This document shows positions 1-14,200 of a DNA stretch of 64,000 nucleotides, piece after piece. Both the position numbers and the translations under genes were made by a program. The DNA comes from Camelus dromedarius (lineage: Eukaryota). Location: positions 12,090,001-12,154,000 of the forward strand of contig NC_087436.1 of assembly GCF_036321535.1 (NCBI RefSeq), read 5' to 3'. Under the pieces are notes generated by a model. The model worked only from the letters and a program-made list of their open reading frames with translations. It had not been told where the DNA came from and searched no databases. The first letter of the stretch is position 1. Every line of letters begins with the position of its first letter.

Positions 1-356
1 TGGCTTAAAAAACAGAAATTTATTTTCTCATAGTTCTGGAGGCTTGAAGTGCAAGATCAAAGTGCCAACAGTTTTGCTTCCTGGTAAGGACCCTCTTCTG
101 GCTTGCAGATGGTCCCCTTCTCAAATTGTCTTCACATGACCCATTCTTGGAGAGGGAGAGAAAATGAGAGAGAGATCTATTTCTAGTGTCCTCCTCCGTT
201 TCTTATAAGGACACCAGTCCTATGTCACTAGGGACCCATCCTGGCGACCTCATTTAACCTTAATTACCTCCTTAAAGGCCCTACCTCTGAATATAGTCAA
301 ACTGCAGTTAGGGACTCAACATAAGCATTTTGAGGGACACAATTCAGTCCATAACA
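1..356 (-). mobile_element. MaLR solo LTR (MLT1A/B/C-like), cut by window start
   Basis: Typical MLT1 motifs (aaacagaaatttattttctcatagttctggagg; cttataaggacaccagtc; acctcatttaaccttaattacc). Ends in gggacacaattcagtccataaca, the reverse complement of the MLT1 5' terminus TGTTATGGACTGAATTGTGTCCC. Confidence 0.9.
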
Positions 357-421
357 AATGAAAAGTATTGATTAGTAATTATTAATCAGGCATATTGTGT
401 AGACTAGTTAATATAATAAGC

Positions 422-832
422 CAATTGAGGGCATTATACTAAGTGAAATTAGACAGACAAAGACAAATATGCTCTGATTTCTCTTATATGTGGAATTCAA
501 AAACCTGAACTGATAAAAACAGAGAACAGATGGATGCAGGTGGCCAGAGGGTACAAACTTCCAGTTAGAAGAGAAGTAGGGTCTGGGGATGTAATGTGCA
601 GCTCAGTGACTAGAGTTAACACACTGTACTATATATTTGAAAGCTGCGAGAGTACATCTGAGAAGTTCTCATCACAAGATAAAAGCTTGTAATTATGAAA
701 GGTGATGGACTTTAACTAAACCTATTGTGATATTCATTGTGCAATGTATGCATATATCAAGTCAGTATGTTGCCTCCCTTAAATTAATACAATATTATAT
801 GTCAGTTGTATCTTAATAACACTGGGAAAAAA
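422..832 (+). mobile_element. L1 3' UTR fragment (L1MA9-like)
   Basis: gagggcattatactaagtgaaat...gggtacaaacttccagtta...ttctcatcacaa...tgtatcttaataa followed by an A-run; matches the L1MA 3' end pattern. Confidence 0.85.
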
Positions 833-919
833 TCTTCGCCAATAAGGCCTCACTTTATGTCACAGACAACTACAAGAGTTGTTTAAATACCACAAATATC
901 ACAGTCTTTATGGGAAACA

Positions 920-1090
920 GATTGGTTTGGAATCCCAATTCTATGACTTACTAGTTAAGGGAACTTGGGCAAATAGCTTAGCCTTTTTGAATCCTAAATG
1001 GTTAGATTGAAAGAGTGTTACTGTAAGAATTGACATGACGTACTTTGTATTAAGTATTTAGCACAATGCCTGGCACATAGCATTCCTATT
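920..1090 (+). mobile_element. MIR SINE fragment
   Basis: ggaatcccaattctatgacttactag...cttgggcaaatagcttagcc and 3' tttagcacaatgcctggcacatag. Confidence 0.75.
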
Positions 1091-3559
1091 GTGCTGATGT
1101 GAACACAACAGTTGAATTAACTTCATTAGCAGGTGGACATTGGTCAGAATTCTGCGGTAAGTTAGACCTTTTTGTATTCTTCACACTGCCGAGTAGGAAT
1201 TTTCCTGGTGTGCATTAGGGTTGCTAACTCAAAGCATTGTTTTTCTCTCTGGTGGTAAGTAAAGCCCCCAAAAGGCTTAGAAACTTGCCTTAGGCTGAGG
1301 TGGGCGCTGGGTACGTCTGTACAAGATGCTGGATGTTCACGTGCCTCCTCGAGGCTTCCCAAGAGACAGAAGTACCAGTTAATGGGCAGCAGAGAGCTAG
1401 CAATTAATGCACTCTTGAGCATGACATCCAAAGTCACATGTACAATGCCTAGTTAATACATTGCTTCAGACCATAGACCAGTATTTGCTTATAAATGTAA
1501 GTGAAGATGGATGTCTTGATTTCCAGACATAAACCTATTCTTGGCCACATCGACTTCAGGGTATTTCAGATCTTGTAAGCAAAGCAGTAGAAGATTTGTT
1601 GTGATTATTTTAAAATTACTACTCCTCCTACAGCTTTTGACATTTATAAGCAATTCAGCTGTTTCTTAAACATGATTTTATAGATTGTTCTAGGTTTGGC
1701 ATTGCACTTGCTTCTTGGCATAGCACTATGATACTATTTTTAAAAATGAGTGTGACAGTGTAGATACTGAAATGGAAACATAGAGCCAAAGTGAAGCTTG
1801 GATTCAATTGGAAGAATAAAAAGGCTGACATTCAAATATCAATGGATACCCAACTCACTTTTTTTTCCACTGTAATATTTACTTTAAAAATCTAAGTTAC
1901 TATCACATTAAACAATATAAATTAAATATCAATTTAATTTCGATCACAGATAATATTCTTAAGTGCTTTAATTTTAATTTTAAAGCTGCCTGTTAATGAC
2001 TTTATGCTTGAACATAGTCTTTACAATTCATGATCTTCAAATATTTATCTCCACTTATCCTTCCTCTTCATAAAAATTTAAGAGCAGGAAGAATTGTAAA
2101 ACTCTGTTTTGGGTATCAGCACATACAATTAATGAAAATATTTTAATTCCTAAGTTGCTATTAGAGTCTAGGTATCCATGTTTGACTTTTCCCAAGCTAA
2201 ACTTCATTTTACTTTAATCCCTCCAAGTGGCAAAATTACTTTAACATGTAACTGGATGATATTTACATATTTATTTCCTCTTTTAAAACCTGATAAGGTG
2301 AAAGGTTGTATCTAAGTTTTTTCGGTTTCACACTCAGGGAATTTACTTTCTAAAAAGAGAAAAATAAGTATCAGATCCTTTGGAAATGTATGCAGTGAAA
2401 TTTTTGCTGGTCATTCTTTGAGAGCCCAGGAAAAATGCTGTCAGCCGTAACGCTAAATTTGGAAGTGCAATGTCATGCCAACGGGTATTTTAGCAAGGCT
2501 GATGCTATACTTGAGAATTTGTCAAGTACATAAATAAAATTTCATAGCACATTTGGATGTGAGCAAAGCAGATACAGAACTTATTCTTTACCCTAACAAC
2601 AAGAAATACCACACATTAAAACACGTATTAGGGTGAATTCTCCCATTCTGTTCTTCCATTTTTGCAGTGCTTATTAAGAAAGTACCGATGTTTCTTTTAA
2701 CATGTCATCTTAGCTAACACCATGGGATTTTATCTGCCACATGAGCTTTATCTGTGTTCAGACAGCGAATGGAAAAATGAATAATTTAATCTGGACACTT
2801 GGACAGTAAATCTTGCTGGTTAAACCAGCTGCAGGCTGGTGAAATAAGGGTCTTTTCCAACTGGCCATCCTTAAAAACTCACTCAGCTGTGTCTCCATCA
2901 CCTGCTACTGCTTGTCCAGAGACTTTGGTGAAGACAGTGGCAAATGTGCAAGGATAATTGGTGCACGATCATGTCCACTGTGAAAACACATCCACTGAGG
3001 AAAGACATTCGGTTGTTCCTTAAAGACTCTAAATTTTGAAGCTCAGGAGTACCTTGGAAAAACAATTCTGACCAGGTTTGCAGGAAAAGACACGAGCTCA
3101 GATGACATAAGCCAGATCCCAGTAGTCAACTAACCTAGAGCCCTTTCCATTGCACCATAGTAACTCTTGCCCTAAAACAGGTTATTTTAATTCCCATGTT
3201 GACAAAGATCTATGACAATTTGTGGGTATATGTATTGTTTTTTTCATTTGCCTTTTGTGTTCTGACACTAATAATTGAGAAGAGAAGTTGCCCCCCGTAA
3301 ATCCAGAGATTTCAGTTTTGAGATGGGTTACTTTTTTAGGGAGCAACCATTTTGCTCCCCTGAACATCCAGAGAGAGCCCTAGATTTGAGGCTTCAGACA
3401 CCACCCTCATTAAGGCACTTCCTGACATACTCATGTTGGAAACTGGGAAAGCACAAGCTGAGGTCTGTTTGTCCCAGTCCACACATGGCGAGGAGGAGGA
3501 GGAGATGGGAAAAGTCAGCTATTGACAGAGCAAGTAACATGTCAGGGGTAACATGATGA

Positions 3560-3722
3560 TTAGTATTTATTGAGCACTTCACACACTTTAAGCCATTTAA
3601 CAGTCCATGACCATGATCATCCTTCTCTCAGAGAAACTGAGAAAATTGCCCCAAATCATACAGAAGTAAAGATAGGAGTCAGAAGTTGAAACCCAGGAAG
3701 GCCACTTCTGAGCCCAAGCTTT
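3560..3722 (-). mobile_element. MIR SINE fragment
   Basis: tatttattgagcactt...gagaaactgag...ttgccccaaatcatacag...gaaacccagg, the MIR core in reverse orientation. Confidence 0.7.
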
Positions 3723-3724
3723 TA

Positions 3725-6700
3725 AAATTTTATTTTACTTTTTATTGAGATATAGTTGGTTTCCAATGCTGTGTTAATTTCTGGTGTACAGCATAGTTAT
3801 TCTGTTATAAACACACACACACACACACACACATACATTCCTTTTCATATTCTTTTTCATTATAGGCTATTACAAAGCAATGAACATAGTTCCCTGTGCT
3901 CTACAGTAGGACCTTGATATTTATCTATTTTATATATAATAGTATCTGGAAATCCCAAACTCCCAATTTATCCCTCCACCCTCCCTTCCCCCCAGGTAAC
4001 CATAGGTTAGTTCTCTATGTATGTGAACCCACTGCAGTTTTATAAATACATTCGTTTGTATCATTTTTTTTTGATTCTACATATAAATAATATCATATGG
4101 TATTTTTCTTTCTCTTTCTGACTTACTTCACTTAGTATGACAATCTCTAGGTCCACCCATGTTGCTGCATGTGGCATGATTTTATCCTTTTATGGCTGAA
4201 TAGTATTCCATTGCATAAATATACCACAATTTCTTTATGCACCCATCCATCAATGGACATTTAGGTTTTTTCCAAAGCATGTATCTTTTCAAATTAGAAT
4301 CTCCTCCAGATATATGCCCAGAAGTGGGATTGCAGGATCATATGGTAAATTTATTTTTAGTTTTTTGAGGAATCTCCATACTGTGTTCCATAATGGCTGC
4401 ACCAAACCACATTTCCATCAGCAGTGTGGGAGGGTTCCCTTTTCTCCACACCTTCTGCAGCATTTATCACTTATGGACTTTTTAGTGATGGCCATTCTGA
4501 CTGATAAGAGATGATACCTCAATGTAGTTTCATTTCACTGATACTTACCAATATTGAGCATTTTTAAAATTTGCCTATTGGCCATTTGTATGTCTTCATT
4601 GGATAAATGTTTGTGTAGGTCTTCTGCCCGTTTTTGGATTGGGATTTTTGTTGTTGAGTTGTATGAGCTATTTCTATAGTCTGGAAAATACACCCTTGTC
4701 AGTCACATCATTTGCAAATATTTTCTCCTATTCTGTATGTTGTCTTTTCATTTTGTTTATAATTTCCTTTACTGTGGAAAAGCTTATAATTTTAATAAGG
4801 TACCATTTGTTTATTTTTGCTTATATTTCTATTGCATTGGTAAGAGAATATTGCTAATATTTACATCAGAGAATATTTTGCCTATGGTTTCCTCTAGGAG
4901 GTTTATAGTGTCTTGTCTTATATTTAAGTCTTTAATCCATTTTGAGTTTATTTTTGTGTATGATGTGAGGGGATGTTCTAACTTTATTGATTTACATGTG
5001 GCTATTCAGCTTTTCCAATACTGTTTGCTGAAGAGGCTGTCTTTCCTCTGTCGTATGTTCTTGCCTCCTTTGTCAAAGATTAATTGACCAAAACTTTGTG
5101 TATTTATTTCTGGGCTCTCTATTCTGTTCAATTGATCCATATGTCTGTTTTTGTAGCAATACTGTGCTGTTTTGATTACTGTAGCTCTATAATATTGTCT
5201 GAAGTCTGAAAGGGTTATTCCTCCAGCTTTGTTCTTTTTCTTCAGTATTGTTTTGGCAATTCTGGGTCCTTTATGTTTCCATATAAATTTTAGGATTATT
5301 GGTTCTAGTTCTGTGAAAACTATCCTATGTAATTTGATAGAGATCAATTAAATCTGTTGATTGCTTTCAGTATTATGGCCAATGTCAATTCTTCCAATCC
5401 AAGATCATGGGATATCTTTCCATTTTCAAAAATCATCTTTAATTTTCTTAATCAATGATTTATAGTTCTCTGCCTATAAGTCTTTCACCTCCTTGGACAG
5501 GTTTATTCCTAAGTTGTTGGGGTTTTTTAATAAGATTTTAAAAGAGATTTTTTTTTTTTTTTTTTTTTTTACTTTCCCGTTCTGGTATTTCATTGTTAGT
5601 ATAAAGAAATGCAACAGATTTCTGTATGTGAATCTTGTATTCTGCTACCTTGCTGAATCCTTTATCAGTTCTAGTAGTTTTTGTATGGAGTATTTAGGAT
5701 TTTCTATATATAGTTCATGTCATCTGCATATAGTGAAAATTTTACCTCTTACCTTTCAATTTGGATCCTTTTTATTCATTTTTCTTGTCTGATTGCTATT
5801 GCTAGGACTTCCAGTGAAGAGTGGGCATCCTTGTCTTGTTCCAGATTTTAGCAGGAAGACTTTCAGCTTTTCACCTTTGAGTGTTATGTTGACTTTGGTT
5901 TTGTCATAAATAGCTTTTATTATGTCAAGATATGTTCCCTCTATACCCATTTTGTAAGAGTTTTAATCATGAATGAATGTTGGATTTTATCAGAAGCTTT
6001 TCCTGCAACTATTGAAATGATCATGTGATTTTTTTTGTCCTTTCTTTTGTTGATGTGGTGTATCACATCAACTGATATGTTTACGTTGAACCATTCTTGT
6101 GTCCTTGGGATGAATCCAACTTGATCATAGTGTATAATCTTTTTAATGTGTTGTTGAATTTGGTTTGCTAATATTTTGTTGAGAATTTTTGCATCTATGT
6201 TCGTGAATGATATTGGCCTGTAATTTTCTCTTTTGGTAGTATCTTTGTTTGGTTTTGGTATCAGGGTGATGATGGCTTCATAGAATGAGTTTCAGACTGT
6301 TTTTTTCCTATTTAATCTTTTTGAAGAATTCGAGAAGGATCGGTGTCAGTTCTTTGTATGTTTGGTAGAATTCCCCAGTGCCATCTGGTCTTGGACTTCT
6401 GTTTGCAGAGAGTTTCATTTTTTTTTTTCTATTGATTCTATTTCACTTCTAGTGATCAGTCTGTTCAAATTATTTTTTTCTTCTTGATTCAAGTTTGATG
6501 GACTGTACATTTCTAGAAATTTGTCCATTTCTTCTAGGTTGTCCAATTTGTTGCCATATAGTTGTTCATAGTATTCTCTTATGGTTTTTTCATTCCCCAT
6601 TTTCCTTTCTTATTTTCTTTATTTTTGTCCTCTCTCTTTTCTTCTCAGTGAGCCTGGCTGGAGGTTTGTCAATTTTGTTTACTCTTTCAAAAAAAAAAAA

Positions 6701-7030
6701 AAAAAAAAAAAACAGCTCTTGGTGTGATTAATTGGTTTTATTATTTTTTTAATCTCTATTTTATTTATTTCCTCCCCGATCTTTATAATTTCTTTCCTTC
6801 TGCTGTCTAGGTTTTGTTGGTTTTCCTGTTTCTAATTCTTTTGGTGGTAGGTTAGGTTGTTTATTTGAGATTTTTCTTATTGTTTTGAGGAAGGCCCGTA
6901 TCACTATGACCTTTTCAATTAGAACTGCTTTTGCTGCATCCCATAGGTTTAGTGTGGTTGTGTTTTCATTGTTATGGTTTGAAGGTATTTTTAATTTTCT
7001 TCTTTGATTTCAGCATTGACCCTTTTTTAT
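3725..7030 (-). mobile_element. 5'-truncated cetartiodactyl-type L1 (decayed ORF2 plus 3' UTR)
   Basis: T-rich tail at ~3725-3745, then 3' UTR. Minus-strand ORFs 5006-5347 ([43 protein letters not shown]), 5756-5950 ([11 protein letters not shown]) and 6415-6600 ([23 protein letters not shown]) are clear L1 ORF2p segments, broken by frameshifts and stops. Confidence 0.97.
3810..3834 (+). repeat. (CA)n microsatellite inside L1 3' UTR
   Basis: acacacacac run seen directly. Confidence 0.9.
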
Positions 7031-7199
7031 TTGGTCACTTTTTTTTTTAAATCTTTGCTTGTTTTCAAACTTTAAATAGCATTACATTGCATATAATTTT
7101 TCATAATGGATATATGGATATAACTAATTTTCACTTCTCTAAAATATTTAATTCTAAATATACTAAAATTTATTTACTTATCCTCCTATTGATGAATAT

Positions 7200-7446
7200 T
7201 TTATTTATTTTATTTTTTGATTTTATTTTTTGTTGAAGTGTAGTTGATTTACAGTGTTAATTCAGGTGTACAGCAAAGTGATTCAGTTCTACATACACAT
7301 ATGTATATTTTTTTTTCAGATTCTTTTCTATTACATGCTATTATAAGAAACTGAATATAGCTCTCTGTACTATACAGTAGGTCCTTGTTGTTTATCTATT
7401 TTATATACTATAATGTGTATCTGTTCATCTCAAGCTCCTAATTTAT
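7200..7446 (-). mobile_element. Short L1 3' end fragment (cetartiodactyl type)
   Basis: T-rich tail, then gaagtgtagttgatttacagtgtt...ggtgtacagcaaagtgattcagtt...tatacagtaggtccttgttg; same 3' UTR type as the element at 3725. Confidence 0.88.
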
Positions 7447-8089
7447 GAGAGCCTTTTATTCTTATGAAATACTCCTCTGTCCTCTTGATTATTTTTTCGC
7501 CTGAAGTCCTCTTTCTTTTGGTTAATGTGCAATATTATATCCTTTGTAATCCTTTTGATCTTTCTGTATCCTTATGTATTAGATGTAGAAATATTGAGAG
7601 GGCAAGGATGATTTTATCTTCCCACAGAAAGGATTTTGTTTTCCTTTGTTTCTCCCATGCACTTAGGGTCCCAGCAGTCCAAGTTCATGTTTCCTTACAA
7701 GACTGAGAATTTTCTGGCTCATCCAATGATTAGAGGTTTGCCTGCAGTCCACCTTTATTTTTAGGGTACAGACTTTAGGATCTGAAGCCAAAGAGCTGGT
7801 GTTTCCATGGCCCCTGACCTTGGTAGATGCTGGAGTTCTGTGTTCCTCTAATACTGTTTTAATGGCATAAACACAGCTCAGTGTCTAAACCATCTTTTCA
7901 GTTATTGGCAGAGACCCTGGGGCAAAAGTGGCCCCAAGTAAAAAAAGTTACATCTCTGGATTTGAGTTTTTCCCAGTACTTTCAATGGTGAATGCCTTGT
8001 TCATTTATTTTCTATATCACTTCTAATAAATAAGTAAATAAATAAATAAATTTTTTACTCTTTCATGCCTTTTTTGATTGTTTGTTCTT

Positions 8090-8490
8090 ATATTTTATTT
8101 TGAAATAAATATAGATTCACAGCAAGTTGTAAAGATATTAGAAAGAGGTTCTGGGTCCTCTTTGCCCAGTTTCCCCCAGTATTTACATTTTATTGACCTA
8201 TAGTACAGTATGGAACCCAGGAATCTGACAGCAGCAAAATATATGCATGAGTATATCAATAGTTCATTTCTTTTTGTTGATAAATAATTTTTTGTGCAAA
8301 ACTCATACTTTCTTTTAGTTCAAGAATGGTTTCATTTATTTATTTAATTAGCTATTTAGCTATTTACCTGAAGAAAAGTTTTCTTTTTCTTTTTTATTTT
8401 TTGAATTTTGATAGATGTATACACTAATGAAACCACCACCACAATCAATCAAGACAGCTAACATTTCCATCCCTCCCCAAGAGTTTCAAA
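8090..8490 (-). mobile_element. Old L1M (L1MC/MD-like) 3' end fragments
   Basis: ttattttgaaataaatatagattcacagcaagttg...cccagtttccccc and aaccaccaccacaatcaa...aacatttccatccctcccca motifs. Confidence 0.6.
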
Positions 8491-8499
8491 TTTTGAATT

Positions 8500-10203
8500 C
8501 CCAATTCATCCCTCCTCACTTCCTTTACTCATTTAATCTATTGTTACTCTCTTTCAGTCCCTTTATTGCATTGATCATTTCCTTTTTGAAGTCATGATCT
8601 ATTAGAACATCAAGGTCTATTTTATTGTTTGTTCTTTCAGGGGATTTCTCTTATTCTTTTAATTGGGAGTGGTTCCTCTGCTTCTTCATTTTACTTATAT
8701 TTGTCTGGCTCTATGGATTTAGGAGTATCTTGTGGTCTTGAATGGCTGTTTTATTTTTTGTTTGTTTGTTTGTTTTTATTTGAAGTCAGCACTTTCCTGT
8801 GTAGACTGTGTGCATCTAATAGTTTTGTTGCAACGGCCGTTCTTTGTATGGATGGTTACCACATCTTTCTTCCATGTGTGTTGGCTGTTATCCCTTTGTG
8901 GTGTGGTTGGTGTTGTGTTGTTCAGAGCCTGCTCTGATTGTTGTTATTGAGCGCTGCCTCTTTTTTTGTTCTGTGGTTGTCACAGCCTTGACAGGGGCCT
9001 GGTCTGCTTCCCTATTGCTGGAATAGAGGCTTCTAGACCCATTTCTGAACTGTGGTGTGTAGTAGGCAGGGTTGGGACGCTTCAGCTGGGAAGGAGTAGG
9101 CAGGAGATGTCCCCTGGGAAATGTCCTCTGTGGTGTTGTCTGTCACTTGTTACGTGGGCTTACTGAGTACTCTTTGTTGATGCTGCCTTTGTCCCCACCT
9201 TAGCTGTGGGAATGTTGGCCACCTGCTCTGGTGTCCCCCAGGTTCTGAGCCCCACCAGTGCATTCGCACTCCTCAATGTGGTGTGCCACAGTGTCGGCGC
9301 GGGCCCCTGCCCCACCTCTGCATACAGTACTGTATGCAGGCTTGTTGTAAATACCCATAGTCACGCCCTGGCTTGAGTCAGGACTCCACTCAGTGCTTGT
9401 TAGTCCCAGAAGCACAGGTGTATAAAGTGTCCAGAGAGCGCATATCTGCCCTCTCTGCCTTGGGCTGTAAACAAATCTCAGTCTGCCCTGTGAAGTTTCA
9501 GGGCCGCAGGTTATGGGTTCAGCCTTCAGCCCTGCCTCTGTGCAGCAGTGATGGCTATGATTGAGCCCCACCTCTCTTCTCACAAGAACACACAAACAAT
9601 GGAGCCAAGTGGACAAAGCGGCCATGAGCCTGCTGCATTGTGCCCCTCCCCCTTACACACACCAACAGTGGTGTTTTTTATGTGGGTCCCAGGCTGTTCT
9701 GTTCTGCACACACCCCCAGCCAGAGCTCACACTGCCTTCCAGTCCCCTGAGGCTGCCTCTGTGCAGCGGACCCCAGCCCTCTGCCCGGGGTCCTCACTGA
9801 TTTCCAGCAGCCAGTCCTGGCTGGTCCTTGCCAGCTCACGTCCATGACCTGGGATCATCAGTTTCCCTTAGTTCCGCTGTCACTTTCTCCTCTGAGCCTA
9901 GGAAGCTCTACTTCTGTCCCCAGTTGACCTCCCAGTTGGAGAGGGGGATTCCCAGTGTGAGATTGCCTGTCTTCCTATGCCACTCCATTCCTGCAGGACG
10001 GGTCCTGCACTGATTTTTTTCTTTTTCCTTTTTTTTCTTACTGGATTTTGTGAAATTCCTCCTATATTTTGAAATGACAGACACTGCCAGAATTCAGTAT
10101 ATGTTCTGTGTGATGCGATGGGTTTGTAGATGTAATTCTTGGTGTATTTGTGAGAGAGGGTGAGCTGTAAGTCTCTCTACTCCAACATCTTGGCTCCACC
10201 CCC
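8500..10203 (-). mobile_element. L1 5' UTR plus start of ORF1 (3' portion missing)
   Basis: Minus strand begins gggggtggagccaagatgttggagtag (L1 5' terminus type), followed by a GC-rich UTR. ORF1-like start at 8689 reads MKKQRNHSQLKE*EKSPERTNN. Confidence 0.85.
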
Positions 10204-10204
10204 A

Positions 10205-10520
10205 AGTGTCTTTTTGAATTATGTTTTCCTCTGATATATGCGCAGGAGTGGGATTGCTGGATCATATGGTAAGTCTATTTTAGTTTTTGAGGAATCTCTG
10301 TGCTGTCCTCCATAGTGGTTGCACCAATTTACATTCCCACCAACAGTGTAGGAGGATTTCTTTTTTTCCATACCCTCTCCAGCATTTATGGTCTCTGGAC
10401 TTTTTAATGATGGCCATTCTGACTGTTGTGAGGTGATACCTCCTTGTAGTTTTGATTTGCATTTCTCTTAACAATTAGTGATGTTGTACATCTTTTCATG
10501 TGTTTGTTGGCCATCTGGAT
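10205..10520 (-). mobile_element. L1 ORF2 C-terminal fragment
   Basis: ORF 10280-10474 ([29 protein letters not shown]...[15 protein letters not shown]) is the Cys-rich C-terminus of L1 ORF2p. Confidence 0.93.
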
Positions 10521-11270
10521 ATTTTAATTATAGTCAGATTTTGCTTTTTAAGAAAATAGTGTTATATATGTTATCTCTTACATCTATTCTGGTATACACA
10601 TATCTTCTTAGGTATAAATCTAGGATGGGAAATGCTGGGTTATAGGATATGCAAATATTAAAAGTTATAAGATAATGACAAATTGCTTTTCAAAGTAGTT
10701 GTATCAATTTATAGTTGCAGTAATAATATGTATGCAATAGCACTGATTTATTTTTCTTCAACATTTTTATTGCCAAATTTCTTAATTTATGAAAATCAAA
10801 ATAGTAGCTCATAATGGTCTTGATTTGAATTTTGTTAATTACAAAAAATTTTGAAAACCTCATATTTTAATTGGCTCTATGTGTTTACTTGTAGGATTAA
10901 TGGTCCTACATTTTCCCATTCTTCTAAGTAGTTAGCTTTTTTCTTAGTCATTTGTAAGAAATTCAATATGTAGTTTATAATAATTATCCTGTGTTGGTTA
11001 TTTCTGTTGCAAATTTGTTTTAGTTATTATTATTTTGCTTTTTAATTTTTTTTTTTGATGAACAGTTGTTTAGGTTATATGTATTCTAATTTGTCATTAC
11101 TTTATGTTTAATAATGTTTGTAGCTTATATAAGATGGGCTGTATATTCTTTAATTTTGAAAAATTTTGCTTTTTATAGTTAAGTCTTTAATCCATCTAGA
11201 GTTCTGTGTAAGCTATGACATCAGGACACAATTTTATATTTTCCGCTCACCATTAACTATTTTTCCCAGC
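10520..11270 (-). mobile_element. Older, highly diverged L1M (L1ME-like) ORF2 3' remnant
   Basis: ggaaatgctgggttatagg...acaaattgcttttcaaagtagttgtatcaattta...ttaagtctttaatccatctaga; degenerate L1 motifs. Confidence 0.7.
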
Positions 11271-11274
11271 TTGG

Positions 11275-14200
11275 TTGTTTCATTTGTCTCTAGGGGGGTT
11301 TTTTGGGTTTTTTTGTTTTTGTTTTTGTTTTCCTCTCTTTGATTTCTTCAGTGACCCATTGGTTGTTTAGTAGCAGATGTTTACTTTCCATGTATTTGTA
11401 TTTTTTGTCAGGTTTTTGGGTTTTTTTTTTGTAGATGTTTCTAATCTCATACCATGTGGTCAAAAAAGATGCTTGATACAATTTCAATATCCTTAAATTT
11501 ATTGAGACCTGTTTCGTGGCCTAGAATGTGATCTATCCTGAAGAAGATTCCATGTAAACTTGAAATAATCTGTATTTTGCTGCTTTTAAATGAAATGTTC
11601 TATGTATATCTATTAAAACCATCTCTTCTAATGTGTCATTTAAGGCTAGTATTTGCTTATTGATTTTCTGTCTGGATTATCTGTTCATTAGTGTAAATGG
11701 AGTGTTAAAGTCTCCTAGTATTATTATCTTACTGTCAATTTCTTATATTGTTTGTTTTATTTTCCTTTGTATTTAGGTTCTCCTATGTTGGGTGCATATA
11801 CATTACAGTTGTTATAAATTTTGTTGGATTCATTATCTTAACTTTATGTAATGTCTGTCTATTTCTTGTTACAGTCATGTTTTTGAAGTCCATTTTGTAT
11901 GAGATAAGCATTGCTACGCCAGCTTTCTTTTCGTTCTCATTTGCATGGAATACTTTTTTCCATCGCCTCACTTTCAGTCTATGTGTGGCTAAAGATCTGA
12001 AGTGAGTCTTTTGTAGGCAACATATTGATGGTTCTTGTCTTTTTATAATTCATCTACTATTTGTCTTTTGATTGGAACATTCAAGCCTACTACATTTAAA
12101 GTGTTTATTGATAGATTACGTACTTATTGTCAATGTGCTGTTTTTGGGGTTGTTTTTGTAGTTCATTTTTGTCCTCCCCCCCCCCCTTTTTTTTTTTGCC
12201 TTCTTCCCTTGTGATTTGATGACTATCTTCAGTTTTATGTTTGGATTCTTTTCTCCTTTTTTGTGTGTCTCTATTATAGGTTTTTGATTTGTGATTACCA
12301 TGAGTCTTATGTGGCAACATATTTATATATATTTATATAATCATTTTAAAGTGATAATCTCTTAAGTTCAAATTCATTCTAACAACACTGCATTTTTACT
12401 CCTCATCTCCACATTTAATATTTTGACATTATATTTTATATATTTTTGTTTTGTTTATCCCTTAACTACTTATTATGGATATAGATGATTTTACCTCCTT
12501 TGCATTGTAATCTTCTTAGCTTTTAAATTGCTTAACCAACTACCTTTCTATATATTTATTCTTACCATGAGACTTTTTTTCTTTTGTAATGCTTATATTT
12601 CTACGGTGGTCCTTTCTTTTTCCCTTAAAGAAGTTTCTTTAACATTTCTTATTAGGCCATTAACTTTTACTTGTCTAAAACTATCCTTCAAATCTGAATG
12701 ATGCCTTTGTGGGTAGAACATTCTTGGTTGTAAGTTTTTTCCTCTCATCACTTTGAATATATCATCCTACTTCCTTCTGGCCCGCAGTTTCTGCTGAAAA
12801 GTCAGCTGAGAGGCTTATGGTAGCTCCCTTGTACATAGCTGTTACTTTTCTCTTGCTGCTTTTAAGATTCTCTCTTTCTGTTTAACTTTTGCTTTTTAAT
12901 TACAATGTATCTTTGTGTGGACCTATTTGTGTTCAACTTGTTTGAGATTCTGTGTGCTTCCTGGACCTGGATATCTGTCTCCTTTCCCAGTTGTTAGGGA
13001 AGTTTTCAGCTATTATTTCTTTGAGTAAATTCTCTGCCCTTCTGTCTTCAACTTCTGGGACCCCTATAATGCATATATTAGTAAGTTTGATTTAGTCTCA
13101 GAGGTCTCTTAAACTACAACCATTTTTTTAAATTCTTTTTTTTTTCTTTTTATGTCCAACTTGAGTGATTTCCACTACTCTGTCTTCCAGTTCACTGATC
13201 CATTCCTCTGTATCATCTAATCTGCTGTTGATTCTGTCTAGTGTATATTTTATTTCAGTTATTGTGTTCTTCAGCTCTATTTGGTGCTTTATATTTTTAA
13301 CTCTCTATTAAAATTCTTCCTGTATTCATCAGTCCTCTCATGTTTGTTGAGCGTCTTTATGATCAGTATCTTGAACTCTTTATCAGGTAGATTGCTTAGC
13401 TCCACTTCATTTCAAAAGTTTTTTCCTTTTTTTTTTCTTGAGGTTTTGCCTCATTCCTTCATTTGGAACATACTCCTCTGTATCCTCATTTTGCCTAATT
13501 GTCTGTGTTAATTTTATGTATTGGATAGGTCTTGGAGAAGTAGCCTGATTATGGATGGGTCCTATGCAGCCCAGTAGCACTCTCCCATCTGGTCACTACA
13601 GCTATATGATCTAGAGGTGTCCCCTGTGTGGACTGTGTGCACTATTCTGCTGTGGCAGGGTCATCTACTGTGGGCATCCTAGTAGGAAGAGCTGGTCCTC
13701 AGTGCAGGTGGCTGCCAGGCCTCACCTCATATTGTGGTTGCCAGTCTGCTGGTGAATGGGATCTTTTCCTGGTGCAGCTGAATGCATGGCCTGGGAGGTC
13801 CTGGTGTTGGAGCCAACCTGCTGGTGGATGGGGCTGAGTCCTGGGGTTGCTGGCTTTAGGGCTATTGGGGGCTGGGACTGGTGCCAACTGTTTGGTGGTC
13901 AGGTGCTAAGAGGTTGGTGTTGGACTTCAAAATGGTGCTTGCCAGCACCAGTGTCCTCATGGTAGAATGAATTTCCAAAATGGGTGTTGCCAACATCTAT
14001 GTCTCCAGAGGGATCCTAGTGTCTTCTGTCTCTCTGGGAGGCTGTCCAAGCTTAGTAAGTGGGCCTGACCCAGGCTCCTTTCAAATTATTGCCTCTGCAC
14101 TAGGTCTTAGAGCATGTGAGATTTTTTTTTTTTTTTGTACACCCCTTAATAGATAAGTCTCTGTTTTGTGCAGCCCACCAGCTCTCCTGTATGCAAGCTC

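Noticed and set aside
5006..6600. Reverse-transcriptase-related ORFs as an active gene
   Set aside because: Fragmented L1 ORF2 with frameshifts and stops; non-functional.
9200..10013. GC-rich region with several ORFs resembling a gene or promoter
   Set aside because: It is the 5' UTR of the minus-strand L1 ending at 10203.
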